DNA from: Eledone cirrhosa
Lineage: Eukaryota
Length of the DNA stretch: 64,000 nucleotides
Assembly: GCA_964016885.1 (NCBI GenBank)
Contig: OZ024743.1
Coordinates: 357,678,001 to 357,742,000 of the forward strand
Direction: 5' to 3'
Shown: in pieces, positions 1 to 12,039 of the stretch
Position numbering within the stretch: the stretch's first letter is position 1
Layout of the letters: each line of letters starts with the position of its first letter
The notes under the pieces: generated by a model
Seen by the model: the letters and a program-made list of their open reading frames with translations, nothing else
Databases searched by the model: none
What the model was told of the DNA's origin: nothing
Translations under genes and position numbers: made by a program

Positions 1-1715
1 ATCCACCCATGAGGTACACTATCAAATGCTTTTTGATAGTCCAGCCACACGACAGTCATGTTTCTGCGATTCTTTGTTGTTTTTTCCTGAATCATTTTGT
101 TAGTTAGTAGGTGATCTATGCAACCCCACACCTCCCTCTTTCCACCAGCTTGCTCAGGTGTTATGATGTTGTTGGTAGCACAGTGATCCTGTAAGAACAG
201 GTTAAGGCACCCAGTATATAATTTATACATGATGTTTTGGCAGGCAATTGGGCGGTAATTTTTAGCAAGGGTGGTTTGGCTATTTTGGGGAATGAGGAGA
301 GTAGAGGCAGTTGATAACCATCTGGGCAGTTCTTGTGTGCCCTTAATGGTTTCTGTAAACAGCCGTATGAGATCTTGCCGATAGAAAGTGAAATTCTTCA
401 ACCAGTATCCTGTAATGAGGTCTGGGCCTGGCGATTTCCTATTCGACATTTTCTGTAGAGCTGTTTCCAGTATTGACCCATCTATGTCATATTGTTTTGT
501 CTGGACATGTTGGCAGTAGTCCTGTTCCAGTTCTTTTAGCCAATTAGCTTGTCTGTTGAATCCGTCATCCGTTTCCCATACAGATCTCCAGTAGCTCTCA
601 ACCTGTTCTTTTGAAGGGGTGTCATTTACAGAGATTGAGCTTTTGCCACCGAAGCTGCGATAAACTGATTTAGGATCTCTGGCAAACAATCTATTTAGCA
701 CTTGTCGTTTATGTGCTGTTGACTTATATTTTAGTCTTTCTGTTGTAGCTGTGAGTTGTTGTTTCAACTGGTGTAATTTGGAGTTCAAAGTTTTAAATTT
801 TGTATCTCCAAATCTTCTCTCTAACTTTTTCTTTAGGTCTTCCTGGTGTTGTGTGAAGTTGCTCTCTATGTTGCATTTCATAACGACTGCGATGTGTGAG
901 ATACTTCGTCTCAGGGACAAAATTTTGGTTTTTAAATTTCGCATCCACGCTGGTTCAGGCTTTCTGTTTGTATCTTGATTGCGTGGTTTTAGATGTGTGT
1001 TATATGCTAGCAATGTGACAGCTGAAACATATAACAAAACATTAAGCGTTTCAAATGTCGTTTCTACACCTTTAGATCGTATAGCCTTCAGATAATTGCC
1101 AGCTATTTCGTTCACCGCTTCCAATTCCAATTTAGTGGGTTCTTTACTGACTCTAGTGTTGTATGGTCTGTCACTCACATTAAGGCTGTGTATCTCTTGA
1201 AACATATCATTCCATATCACTTGTAGGGAGCCCACAAGTTTTTGGTGCTCTGTTTGTTCAGTAGAGTCATGCATTTCAGCCTCGTTGTTGATGTGGTGAC
1301 AATTACTACTAGAGTCAGCTGACCTTTCTCGCTGTTCTTCAGTGGAAGTGGGATGAATTTCAGTAAAATTGTTGGTGAGCTGTTCACTGTTAGATTTAGC
1401 TGGCCATTCCCTTTGTCTGTCAGTGTAGGTGGGGTGGTTGTCTACAAGGGCTGTATTTGTAGTATCACTCGATTCCGTTAGATGTATCAATTTACATCTA
1501 ATGATACGTTTTGCCTGTTCATTTAAATGCTTTGGAGAAAAGTCTAATTCTGGGTGTTTGGAGTTCCATAAAGTTTTTAGCCTTTGCATAAAACCGAACT
1601 TTTGGGGTTCAGATTGTTTGTATGCTTCATATAATACTTTGTTAAGCTCGTAGGTCCACTGTATACAACGGTTGTAATTGCGATTTGGTCGAAGGAGACT
1701 TGTACTTTTTGCCAT
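1..1715 (-). CDS. Dong/R4-like ORF (N-terminal region plus start of reverse transcriptase), open at the window edge
   Basis: ATG at 1715 (MAKSTSLLRPNRNYNRCIQW...) with an in-frame TGA six codons upstream; same frame as MTVVWLDYQKAFDSVPHGW at 59-3. The track lists no terminated ORF in this frame, consistent with no internal stop. Confidence 0.8.
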   Translation of the reverse strand, partial: MAKSTSLLRPNRNYNRCIQWTYELNKVLYEAYKQSEPQKFGFMQRLKTLWNSKHPELDFSPKHLNEQAKRIIRCKLIHLTESSDTTNTALVDNHPTYTDRQREWPAKSNSEQLTNNFTEIHPTSTEEQRERSADSSSNCHHINNEAEMHDSTEQTEHQKLVGSLQVIWNDMFQEIHSLNVSDRPYNTRVSKEPTKLELEAVNEIAGNYLKAIRSKGVETTFETLNVLLYVSAVTLLAYNTHLKPRNQDTNRKPEPAWMRNLKTKILSLRRSISHIAVVMKCNIESNFTQHQEDLKKKLERRFGDTKFKTLNSKLHQLKQQLTATTERLKYKSTAHKRQVLNRLFARDPKSVYRSFGGKSSISVNDTPSKEQVESYWRSVWETDDGFNRQANWLKELEQDYCQHVQTKQYDIDGSILETALQKMSNRKSPGPDLITGYWLKNFTFYRQDLIRLFTETIKGTQELPRWLSTASTLLIPQNSQTTLAKNYRPIACQNIMYKLYTGCLNLFLQDHCATNNIITPEQAGGKREVWGCIDHLLTNKMIQEKTTKNRRNMTVVWLDYQKAFDSVPHGW

Positions 1716-2153
1716 GATGAGTTCGTCTATTCACTAATATTTCGTATTTATTTTTCAAAATAGTCGATGATCTTCTTTAAAAGTTACGACAAAGTTCTGT
1801 CAGAATCAAATTTAAAGTTATTCACAGCTTGAGTAATATTTCTTTTCAGTTAGTTTTTAATTCTACAACTGTGTTTTATATAAATGTAATATTTCTTTAT
1901 AAATGTAATATAACAACGTTGCATTTATATGTTAAAGTGTATGTATCGTTCATATATCATAAGTGTATGTATCGTTCATATAAATAGGTGTTTTACAACA
2001 CACTTACAGTTCAAACACTTATGTAGAATTATTGTATGTAATCTTACCGCGTAATGTAGCTCAACTTTTTCCAATATATGGTATGTTGCCTTCATGTAAG
2101 CCATAATTACACACGTCCGATTATCGGACACTGACCACAACGGTCGCCATTTT
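1..2153 (-). mobile_element. R4/Dong-like non-LTR retrotransposon, 5' half (continues beyond left edge); 5' end abuts (CATA)n
   Basis: Minus-strand RT motifs GPDLITGYW, YRPIACQNIMYK, EQAGGKRGVWGC, WLDYQKAFDSVPH; N-terminus resembles the element at 17641. Confidence 0.9.
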
Positions 2154-2220
2154 ATGTATGTATGTATGTATGTATGTATGTATGTATGTATGTATGTATG
2201 TATGTATGTATGTATGTATG
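2154..2220. repeat. (TATG)n microsatellite between two retroelements
   Basis: Pure tetranucleotide repeat. Confidence 0.98.
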
Positions 2221-2829
2221 TCAGGTCACCACTTGGTGCTACTGGTAACATGTATCCCAGTACAATCTGTCCCATTGTCGGGTCGTTGACGACTAAACTG
2301 GCAACCCCACCAAGGTTTCTTGGTGAGGAGGGTGACTTTGGACATCCTGCAGGACTAAAAACAAAACCTGTCAAAGGGCAAAGGAGCTCTTAAGAGTCAA
2401 TGGCCATCCAAAATCACCGGGAGAGATGACCCCTTAGCCTTTGTCAAGGCAGAATTCTAGAAGAAGGAAAACTCTGATATAACACCTGCAGCCCTGATGG
2501 TATCCAATTATGTTGACTTGTTCTTCTTTTTGGTAAATGCCATCTTGATTAAGAGAGTGGGACTGGCTTTGTGCAGTGCCTTTGCTCACTATAAAAGCTT
2601 CACGGCACAGGTATTGCTTTATATCTGGAGATCTCTCTGCACTTGTCGTCACATGGTACCATGGGCCCAGCACTATGTGTCAATAATTGTCACAAGTGTA
2701 GTGTTTGTACCAGAGTTTTCAAGTCGCTGGCTGGACTAAAAAGTCACTCTCGTTCAACGCATCGGTAGAGGTTCTCCTACATGGATATAAAGTAGTGGCC
2801 GTACTCGAAAACGAGTTGGCAGCCACCAT
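2221..2829 (+). mobile_element. Non-autonomous non-coding retroelement (probably bipartite, RTE-derived), near full length, (TATG)n tail
   Basis: Homologous segments at 9755-10158 and, inverted, at 58627-59977; all keep the ...GCAGCCACCA-type end followed by (TATG)n; contains CTAGAAGAAGGAAAACTCTG, recalled as resembling RTE 5' UTR sequence. Confidence 0.7.
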
Positions 2830-3046
2830 GTAAGTATGAATGTATGTATGTATGTATGTATGTATGTATGTATGTATGTATGTATGTATGTTTGTATGTA
2901 TGTATGTATGTATGAATGTATGTATGTATGTTTGTATGTATGTATGTTTGTATGTATGTATGTTTGTATGTATGTATGTATGTATGTATGTATGTATGTA
3001 TGTATGTATGTATGTATGTATGAATGTATGTATGAATGTATATATG

Positions 3047-3093
<47 letters not shown>

Positions 3094-3146
3094 GTATGTA
3101 TGTATGTATGTATGTATGTATGAATGTATGTATGAATGTATATATG

Positions 3147-3180
<34 letters not shown>

Positions 3181-3637
3181 TGTATGTATGTATGTATGAA
3201 TGTATGTATGTATGTATGGATGGATGGATGTATATATGTATGTATGTATGTTTGAATGAATGTATATATGTATGTATGAATGTATGTATGAATGATTGTA
3301 TGTATGTATGAATGTATGTATGTATCAATGAATGTATGTATGTATGTATGCACATATGTATATATGTATGTAGAGGTATGTGCGTATATATGATATTTGT
3401 ATATACATACGCGTTTGTGTGTATGTGAGTGTGTGCGCGCGTGGGTGTGCAAGTAATATCTCATACAAACAGATAAGCTTATAGACAATTACCTGCATAC
3501 ATATATACATAGACATACATACATACATATATACATACATACAATCATACATACATATATACATATATACATACATACATACATACATACACACATACAT
3601 ACATACATACATACATACATACATACATACATACATA
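2830..3637. repeat. Degenerate (TATG)n followed by (CATA)n arrays
   Basis: Visible tetranucleotide repeats. Confidence 0.95.
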
Positions 3638-3713
3638 CGATAAACGTTTCTCTGATGAGGATAAACAAAAAATTCAAACACCACTACCACTACCACTACC
3701 GTCCCGAATTTCT

Positions 3714-5352
<1,639 letters not shown>

Positions 5353-5742
5353 TCCTCCCTCCCCAACTCCACATTTCTGTAATTTTCTCTTTTCTTCGTC
5401 GTCGTTTTCCTTCTCCTTCCAGCGTATTATTCTACTTTTCTTTTGTTTCCCCCACCCTCAACCTCGCTACATATTCCTTCTTTACTCCTCCATGTCATAC
5501 GTTCGCTGGGTTGTTTTTCACACCTGAACGCACACATTGAGGTTTTATTTTGATTGCATGTGACGGGGGAAATCCCGGGGCTAGAGGTCCTGTTAGCAAG
5601 CCTTGGTTCCTCTATTCAACAGAGTATGGCAGACGATACTGGCACCGATTAGATTCTAGGGGTTATTGGTGAATTAATGACTGTGGTATTTGTGACGTTG
5701 GTGGTGGAGGTAATTTACTGATCGTGGTGCTGGTGTTGTTGT

Positions 5743-5749
<7 letters not shown>

Positions 5750-5784
<35 letters not shown>

Positions 5785-5885
5785 CAGCAGCAGCAAGCAG
5801 TAGCAGCAGCAGCAGTAGTAGTCGTAGTAGTAGTAGTAATAGTAGTAGTCGTAGTAGTAGTAGTAGCAGCACGAGCAGCAGCAGC

Positions 5886-5929
<44 letters not shown>

Positions 5930-5936
5930 CAGTAGC

Positions 5937-5998
<62 letters not shown>

Positions 5999-6005
5999 CA
6001 GCAGG

Positions 6006-6037
<32 letters not shown>

Positions 6038-6060
6038 TAGTAGTAGTAGCAGTAGCAGTA
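5750..6060. repeat. (GTA)n/(GCA)n trinucleotide array
   Basis: Visible. Confidence 0.97.
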
Positions 6061-6499
6061 TCTTGTCTGGCTAGATCTTGTCTTCGAAAATAAAAATAAA
6101 AACTAAGACACAATCAACCTTAACTGTTAATAAGTTTTACTTCAAAAACATGTAAAGAGTTTTTTTATAAAATATATCGTTATTGGCATTCAGCCTTAGA
6201 AATCCATACGATAGGAAATTTATTTGTTACATGACTAAATTAGCAGGTAGTAAATACCTCCCACATCTTTTGCACCTTTCGGATTATTTGACCTATCCTT
6301 TGCCACGCATTCTATAGCCCGATCTACACCAAATATTCTCCCACACCCTTTTGTTTATATTGGTTCTAACAGCCTATCTATTGCCTAAACTTGAGGCTAA
6401 ATATACAACGAAAGCTCATTTTTTTCTGTTTTGATGAGTCGTTAACTTTCACCAAATTCCGAAGTAAAAAACAACTATAAAAAAAAACAACAACAACAA

Positions 6500-7620
6500 T
6501 AATAATTGTTTCAACTTTTTGGCACAAGGCCAGCAATTACCCAGTACATTACTGGTACTTTATTTTATCTACCCGGTAAGAATGAAAGGCAAAGTTAACC
6601 TAGGCGGGATTTGAACTCGGTCTGTAAAGGGATGTAACTGTGCTGCAAAGCATGGCGTCCGACCCTCTACCGACACTGCCAATCCACCATTGCACGAAAT
6701 AATAATTGTTTCTACTTTTTGGCACAAGGCCAGCAATTACCCCAGTGTATTACTGGTACTTTATTTTATCGACCCGGTAAGGATGAAAGGCAAAGTTAAC
6801 CTCGGCGGGATTTGAACTCAGAATGGAAAAGGCCGTAACTCTATGCGTCAAAGCATGGCGTCCGACCCTCTACCGATACTGCCAAATGGTTTCTGATTCA
6901 TTCACAAGGTCAGCAATATTTGAGGAGGGGAAAGTCGATTAAATCGACCCCTGTGCATTACCGGTGCTTTATTTATTGAGCCCGTAAGGATGAAAGGCAA
7001 AGCTAACTTCGGCGGGATTTGAGTTCAGAACGCAATGGGCCGTAACTCTACTGCAAAGCAAGGTGTCCAGCGTTCTACCGATACTGCCATTCCCCTAACA
7101 ATAATAATAATAATAATAATTGTTTCTACTTTTGGCACAAGGCCAGCAATTACCAGAGTATTACTGGTACTTTATTTTATCGACCCCGTAAGGATGAAAG
7201 GCAAAGTTAACCTTGGCAGGATTTGAACTCAGAATAATAATGGTTTTTTATATAGACACAAGGCCAGCAATTTTGGGGGAAGGGAAAGTCGATTAAATCG
7301 ACCTCAGTGTATGACTGGTACGTTATTTTATCGACCCCATAAGGATGAAAGGCAAAGTTAACCTCGGCGAGACTACAAAGCATGGCGTCCGACCCTCTAC
7401 CGATACTGCCAATCCACCACCCTACAATAATGATAATAATGGTTTATGATTTAGGCACAAGGCCAGCAATGTTTTGGTGGGGAGTCTATTAAATCGACCC
7501 CAGTACATTACTGGTGCTTTATTTATCGACGCCGAGGGGAAATTCGATTAAATCGATGCCAGTACTGGTACTTTATTTTATCGACCCCGTAAGGATGAAA
7601 GGCAAAGTTAACCTCGGCGA
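6500..7620 (-). mobile_element. Head-to-tail cluster of about 6-7 tRNA-derived SINEs (Nin/Deu-domain type)
   Basis: Minus strand: A box TGGCAGTATCGG, B box GAGTTCAAATCC, core TTTGCCTTTCATCCTTAC(G)GGGTCGATAAAATAAAGTACCAG, 3' GCCTTGTGCCAAAAGTAGAAACAA(TTA)n. Confidence 0.9.
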
Positions 7621-7621
7621 G

Positions 7622-9055
7622 ATAATAACAATAATGGTGTTAATAGCCTCAAAGAGGTGACATTAAGCTGATAATAGAGACGGCAGAGGACAATGTAGAG
7701 GACAATGTAGAGAACAATGCAGTGGGGGCTTTGTGTGTAAAAAAAGTTTATAGAAAACAAAAAGACAAAAATACCAAACAGTAAACATCTAAATACCAAA
7801 CAAACAAACCAAATAGTAAACATCTAAATACCAAAAAAACAAACCAAACAGTAAACATCTAAATACCAAACAAACAAACCAAACAGTAAACATCTAAATA
7901 CCAAACAAATAAACCAAACAGTAAACATCTAAATACCAAACAGTAAACATCTAAATACCAAACAAACAAACCAAATAGTAAACATCTAAATACCAAACAA
8001 ACAAACCAAATAGTAAACATCTAAATACCAAACAAACAAACCAAACAGTAAACATCTAAATACCAAACAAATAAACCAAACAGTAAACATCTAAATACCA
8101 AACAGTAAACATCTAAATACCAAACAAACAAACCAAATAGTAAACATCTAAATACCAAACAAACAAACCAAACAGTAAACATCTAAATACCAAACAAACA
8201 AACCAAATAGTAAACATCTAAATACCAAACAAACAAACCAAACAGTAAACATCTAAATACCAAACAAACAAACCAAACAGTAAACATCTAAATACCAAAC
8301 AAACAAACCAAACAGTAAACATCTAAATACCAAACAAACAAACCAAACAGTAAACATCTAAATACCAAACAAACAAACCAAACAGTAAACATCTAAATAC
8401 CAAACAAACAAACCAAATAGTAAACATCTAAATACCAAACAAACAAACCAAACAGTAAACATCTAAATACCAAACAAACAAACCAAACAGTAAACATCTA
8501 AATACCAAACAAACAAACCAAACAGTAAACATCTAAATACCAAACAAACAAACCAAACAGTAAACATCTAAATACCAAACAAACAAACCAAATAGTAAAC
8601 ATCTAAATACCAAACAAACAAACCAAACAGTAAACATCTAAATACCAAACAAACAAACCAAATAGTAAACATCTAAATACCAAACAAACAAACCAAACAG
8701 TAAACATCTAAATACCAAACAAACAAACCAAACAGTAAACATCTAAATACCAAACAAACAAACCAAATAGTAAACATCTAAATACCAAACAAACAAACAA
8801 AAATAGATTCCCTATTAGGGGAAGACCTTTGAGGGTCACTCAAAAGGCCACGGAGATCCTCATCGCTAGGGAAAGTACTTTCTCCCAGTTGTCCTCTTCT
8901 AATTTACAGGCACATACTCAGAGCAGGCCCATTCACTCGGACAAAACTCACCACTCTTACCAACCTTTCAGCTTTCACCCTAATTTTCCTCTTTGAGTGA
9001 AACCTGAAAAGTTAATCAAGGCTTCACCGAAGAGATTAAAAAATAAAAAATAAAA
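7622..9055 (-). mobile_element. L1/Tx1-like LINE 3' end remnant, 3' UTR expanded by a minisatellite
   Basis: Minus translation ...EALINFFRFHSKRKIRVKAERLVRVVSFVRVNGPALSMCL* resembles Tx1-type ORF2 C-termini; followed by a T-rich UTR and a (TTA)-like tail. Confidence 0.5.
7772..8798. repeat. 35-bp minisatellite (AAACAGTAAACATCTAAATACCAAACAAACAAACC), about 29-30 copies
   Basis: Near-identical tandem units with a C/T variant and occasional 22-bp short units. Confidence 0.97.
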
Positions 9056-9529
9056 GTTCATTTTAAACTTTTACTCCTGGGGTGAAAACCGATTGCTGTT
9101 GTAGTAGTAGTTTTAGTGGTAGTTGTGGTGGTGATGGCGGCCGTCGTGGCGATGGTGGTGGTGATGGTGGTTATGGTGATGGTGGTGGTGATGGTGGTAG
9201 TGATGGTGGTGGTGATGGTAGTGCTGGTTGGTGGTGATGGTGGTGGTATTGGTGGTGGTGGTGGTGGTGGTGTTGGTATAGGTGAAGATAAATAAAGCGC
9301 CCAAGGACAGGGGCAAGATGTGTCAGACTTGTGTTTGCGAAGATGCATGTGATTGTCTGTGTAATATGTATGTATGTAGTTATTTAGTGCTTAAGATCTT
9401 TTATGTCATACAGCAACAACTATGCTAGAACACCGCCTGCAAATGTTCATTCAATCACGCTTAGATTCATATTTACTATTCAGATATACATACGGAAATA
9501 TATGCGTGTATGCAGACAGACACACACAC

Positions 9530-9691
<162 letters not shown>

Positions 9692-9754
9692 ATCTATATA
9701 TGTAGGTATGTATCTAGAGCGCTACTGCTAATATGATTCATGGTTGGGTCATCG

Positions 9755-10158
9755 GCGACTAAAATGGCAACCCCACCAAGCTTTCTTGGTGAGGAGTGTG
9801 ATATTTGGACACCCTGCAGGATGAAATACAAGTCCTGGCAAATGGCGGAGGGACTCAGCAGAGTTGTTGTTGTTGTTTTTACCTTTCTAGAAGAGGGAAA
9901 CTCTGGAAAAAAACCTGTGGCATCGGAAACATCCGATGATGTTGACCAGTTCTCCTTTTCGGGTAGTGTTTTCGATGCTCAGAGTGGGATTGGTCGAGTG
10001 CAAGACCTTTCCCCACTTAAAAAAAAACTTCAAAGCACTGGCATTGCTTGTTCAGGATATGTTACAAGTTCATGTGGCTGGCCGTAGCCTAAAAGTGCAC
10101 CAAACTCTATAATCTGACAATCGATTGCAATACTCTTAGCAGAGTTTGTAGCCATCAT
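9755..10158 (+). mobile_element. 5'-truncated, internally deleted copy of the (TATG)n-tailed non-coding retroelement
   Basis: GCAACCCCACCAAG...CTTGGTGAGGAG shared with 2301-2330; 3' part matches the reverse complement of 58980-59260. Confidence 0.75.
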
Positions 10159-10517
10159 GTATGTATATATATATATATAAAATTTAATTTTAAGTTTAAT
10201 CAATACATATAAAATATGTATAGATAATGTTTCTCAGTAAAAAGTTCAATAAACTTCTGTTCAGAGCAACAATAATATATTTTTAAACGATATATGTAGA
10301 TATATCAATTGAGAAACGAACTAGGATTTAATACATATATATACATATATGGCAAATACAACTTTAGGTGTTATATAAAAACATTGCTCACGTAAAGATT
10401 GTTGTATACTTAAATGATGGTGCTTCCAATTATAACACGCAATGTCAGTGGACTGCTACTACCGCGTTCCTAACTACAGTAGCATATCAAAAGCAAAAAC
10501 AAAACATTACAATTTTA

Positions 10518-10587
10518 CACCTCTGATGAAAGCACGTCAAAAAGTTATTATGCAATCACTTGATGTCTTTAAAATACGTATAACAGG
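10518..10587 (+). ncRNA. Degenerate minimal hammerhead-like motif
   Basis: CTGATGA, stem II AAGCACGTCAA/TTGATGTCTTT, AAAA in place of GAAA, palindromic TACGTA, then TA. Confidence 0.45.
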
Positions 10588-10825
10588 ATGATAACATAAA
10601 CAAAGGATGTACACTTAAAGCCATCTCTCTTCTTTATAATATTGACACTTCGTCTGATACCTTATTGATAACACCTTAAGAAACCGAAGTTGTGGAGTGG
10701 TTTACGTCTGTTTACACTACAATCGTCGATTAATTGACCAACCAACGTTTCTTTACTTAAATAATAAATATATGTATATATATATATAATATAAGATCAA
10801 AAGATGGTTAAAAGAGTTCCAAGTA

Positions 10826-10893
10826 TTTTATTATGCGCATTTCAAAAACAAATATCCTCATGGGATGATATCTGCGTTTTCATCAGATATGAA
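10826..10893 (-). ncRNA. Minimal type I hammerhead ribozyme in the 3' pLTR of the PLE
   Basis: Minus: TAT CTGATGA aaacgcagatatc..gatatttgtttt GAAA TGCGCA TA^ATA; palindromic stem III typical of PLE hammerheads. Confidence 0.75.
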
Positions 10894-12039
10894 GCTTAAA
10901 AAACACTTGTGAATAGTGAAGTTTTAAATCAACATATGAAAAATAATTTAAGATTGATGTATGAGATTGGGAAAAAGTGAGGGAGGAGGGGGTTGGAAAG
11001 GTAAGGAAGAGGAGGAGATGAGAGTAATGAATGGTGGGGGAGGAGTATAAGAAGGAAGGATGAGAGAGGAGGAGAGATGGGTGATAGAGAGAGAGATAGC
11101 CTTTACAACTGAGAAAAAATATATATTGTCTCACAGAGAGAAGTTAAAAAGCCGTTGGAAGATAATAGATAACTTAAAAGAATTTGAAATTAAAAGTTGA
11201 TGAAGGGAAAAAGGGATTAAGAATAATATTAAATTAAGGTTTGTATATTGAAGGGTTTAATAATATGTGCGAGGAAAATAAATTATTAATATGTATTATT
11301 AAAATAAAAATATTAATGTTATTAAGGATATAATGTGAAAAGAAGTAGAAGAATGGATGAGTTATGAATTTAGAGGAATTAGTTAGTGTTTAAGTTTGTT
11401 TTTATGTAATGTAATATGTGTGCGTAATATATGTACGTAAATAGTTTGTTTAAAAATGAGCGCTGAAAGCAAAGAAGAAAATAATGTTTAAGGAAGAAGA
11501 TATCTAACATAAAAAATATAGATGTTTACGAAATATTTTCTAATGGTAATAATATAATATATTAAAAGAAATTAGTTAGGGTTTAAGTTTGTTTTTATGT
11601 ATTGTAATATGTAAAAGTCAAACGAGCATGAAAGGAAGAGATAAGGAATTTAAGGAAGAAAAATCTAACGTAAAAAAAAATGTTTAATGTTTACGAAGGA
11701 CTATTAAAGGTAATACTATAATGTATTAAAAAGATAATAATAATTTTTATGGCCAATGATATGAAGAAAGATGGAAGAATGGATAATGTTGTGGTGAGTA
11801 ATAATAAGAATTGAGAAGTAGTTAGGAAGAAAAAGTACAGATTAGAGGTTAGAAATTAAAAAGAAAAGAGGAAGAAAGGAAAGTGATAAAGAGGAATGAT
11901 ATAGAATGAGTAACTTGTATTATATAATATATAATAAATAATATTGAAATAAGGTAGAAAGATGGGTATATTTTTAAAAGATATATAAGCCTTTGAGAAA
12001 AAGGATTTTAAACTAGTAAGGTATTAGATATTAGCTGTA

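Noticed and set aside
3648-3712. Hammerhead at CTGATGAGGAT...GTCCCGAAT
   Set aside because: GAAA, stem III and stem I are not recoverable; at most a decayed remnant.
7772-8798. CRISPR array (35-bp repeat)
   Set aside because: No spacers; simple minisatellite.
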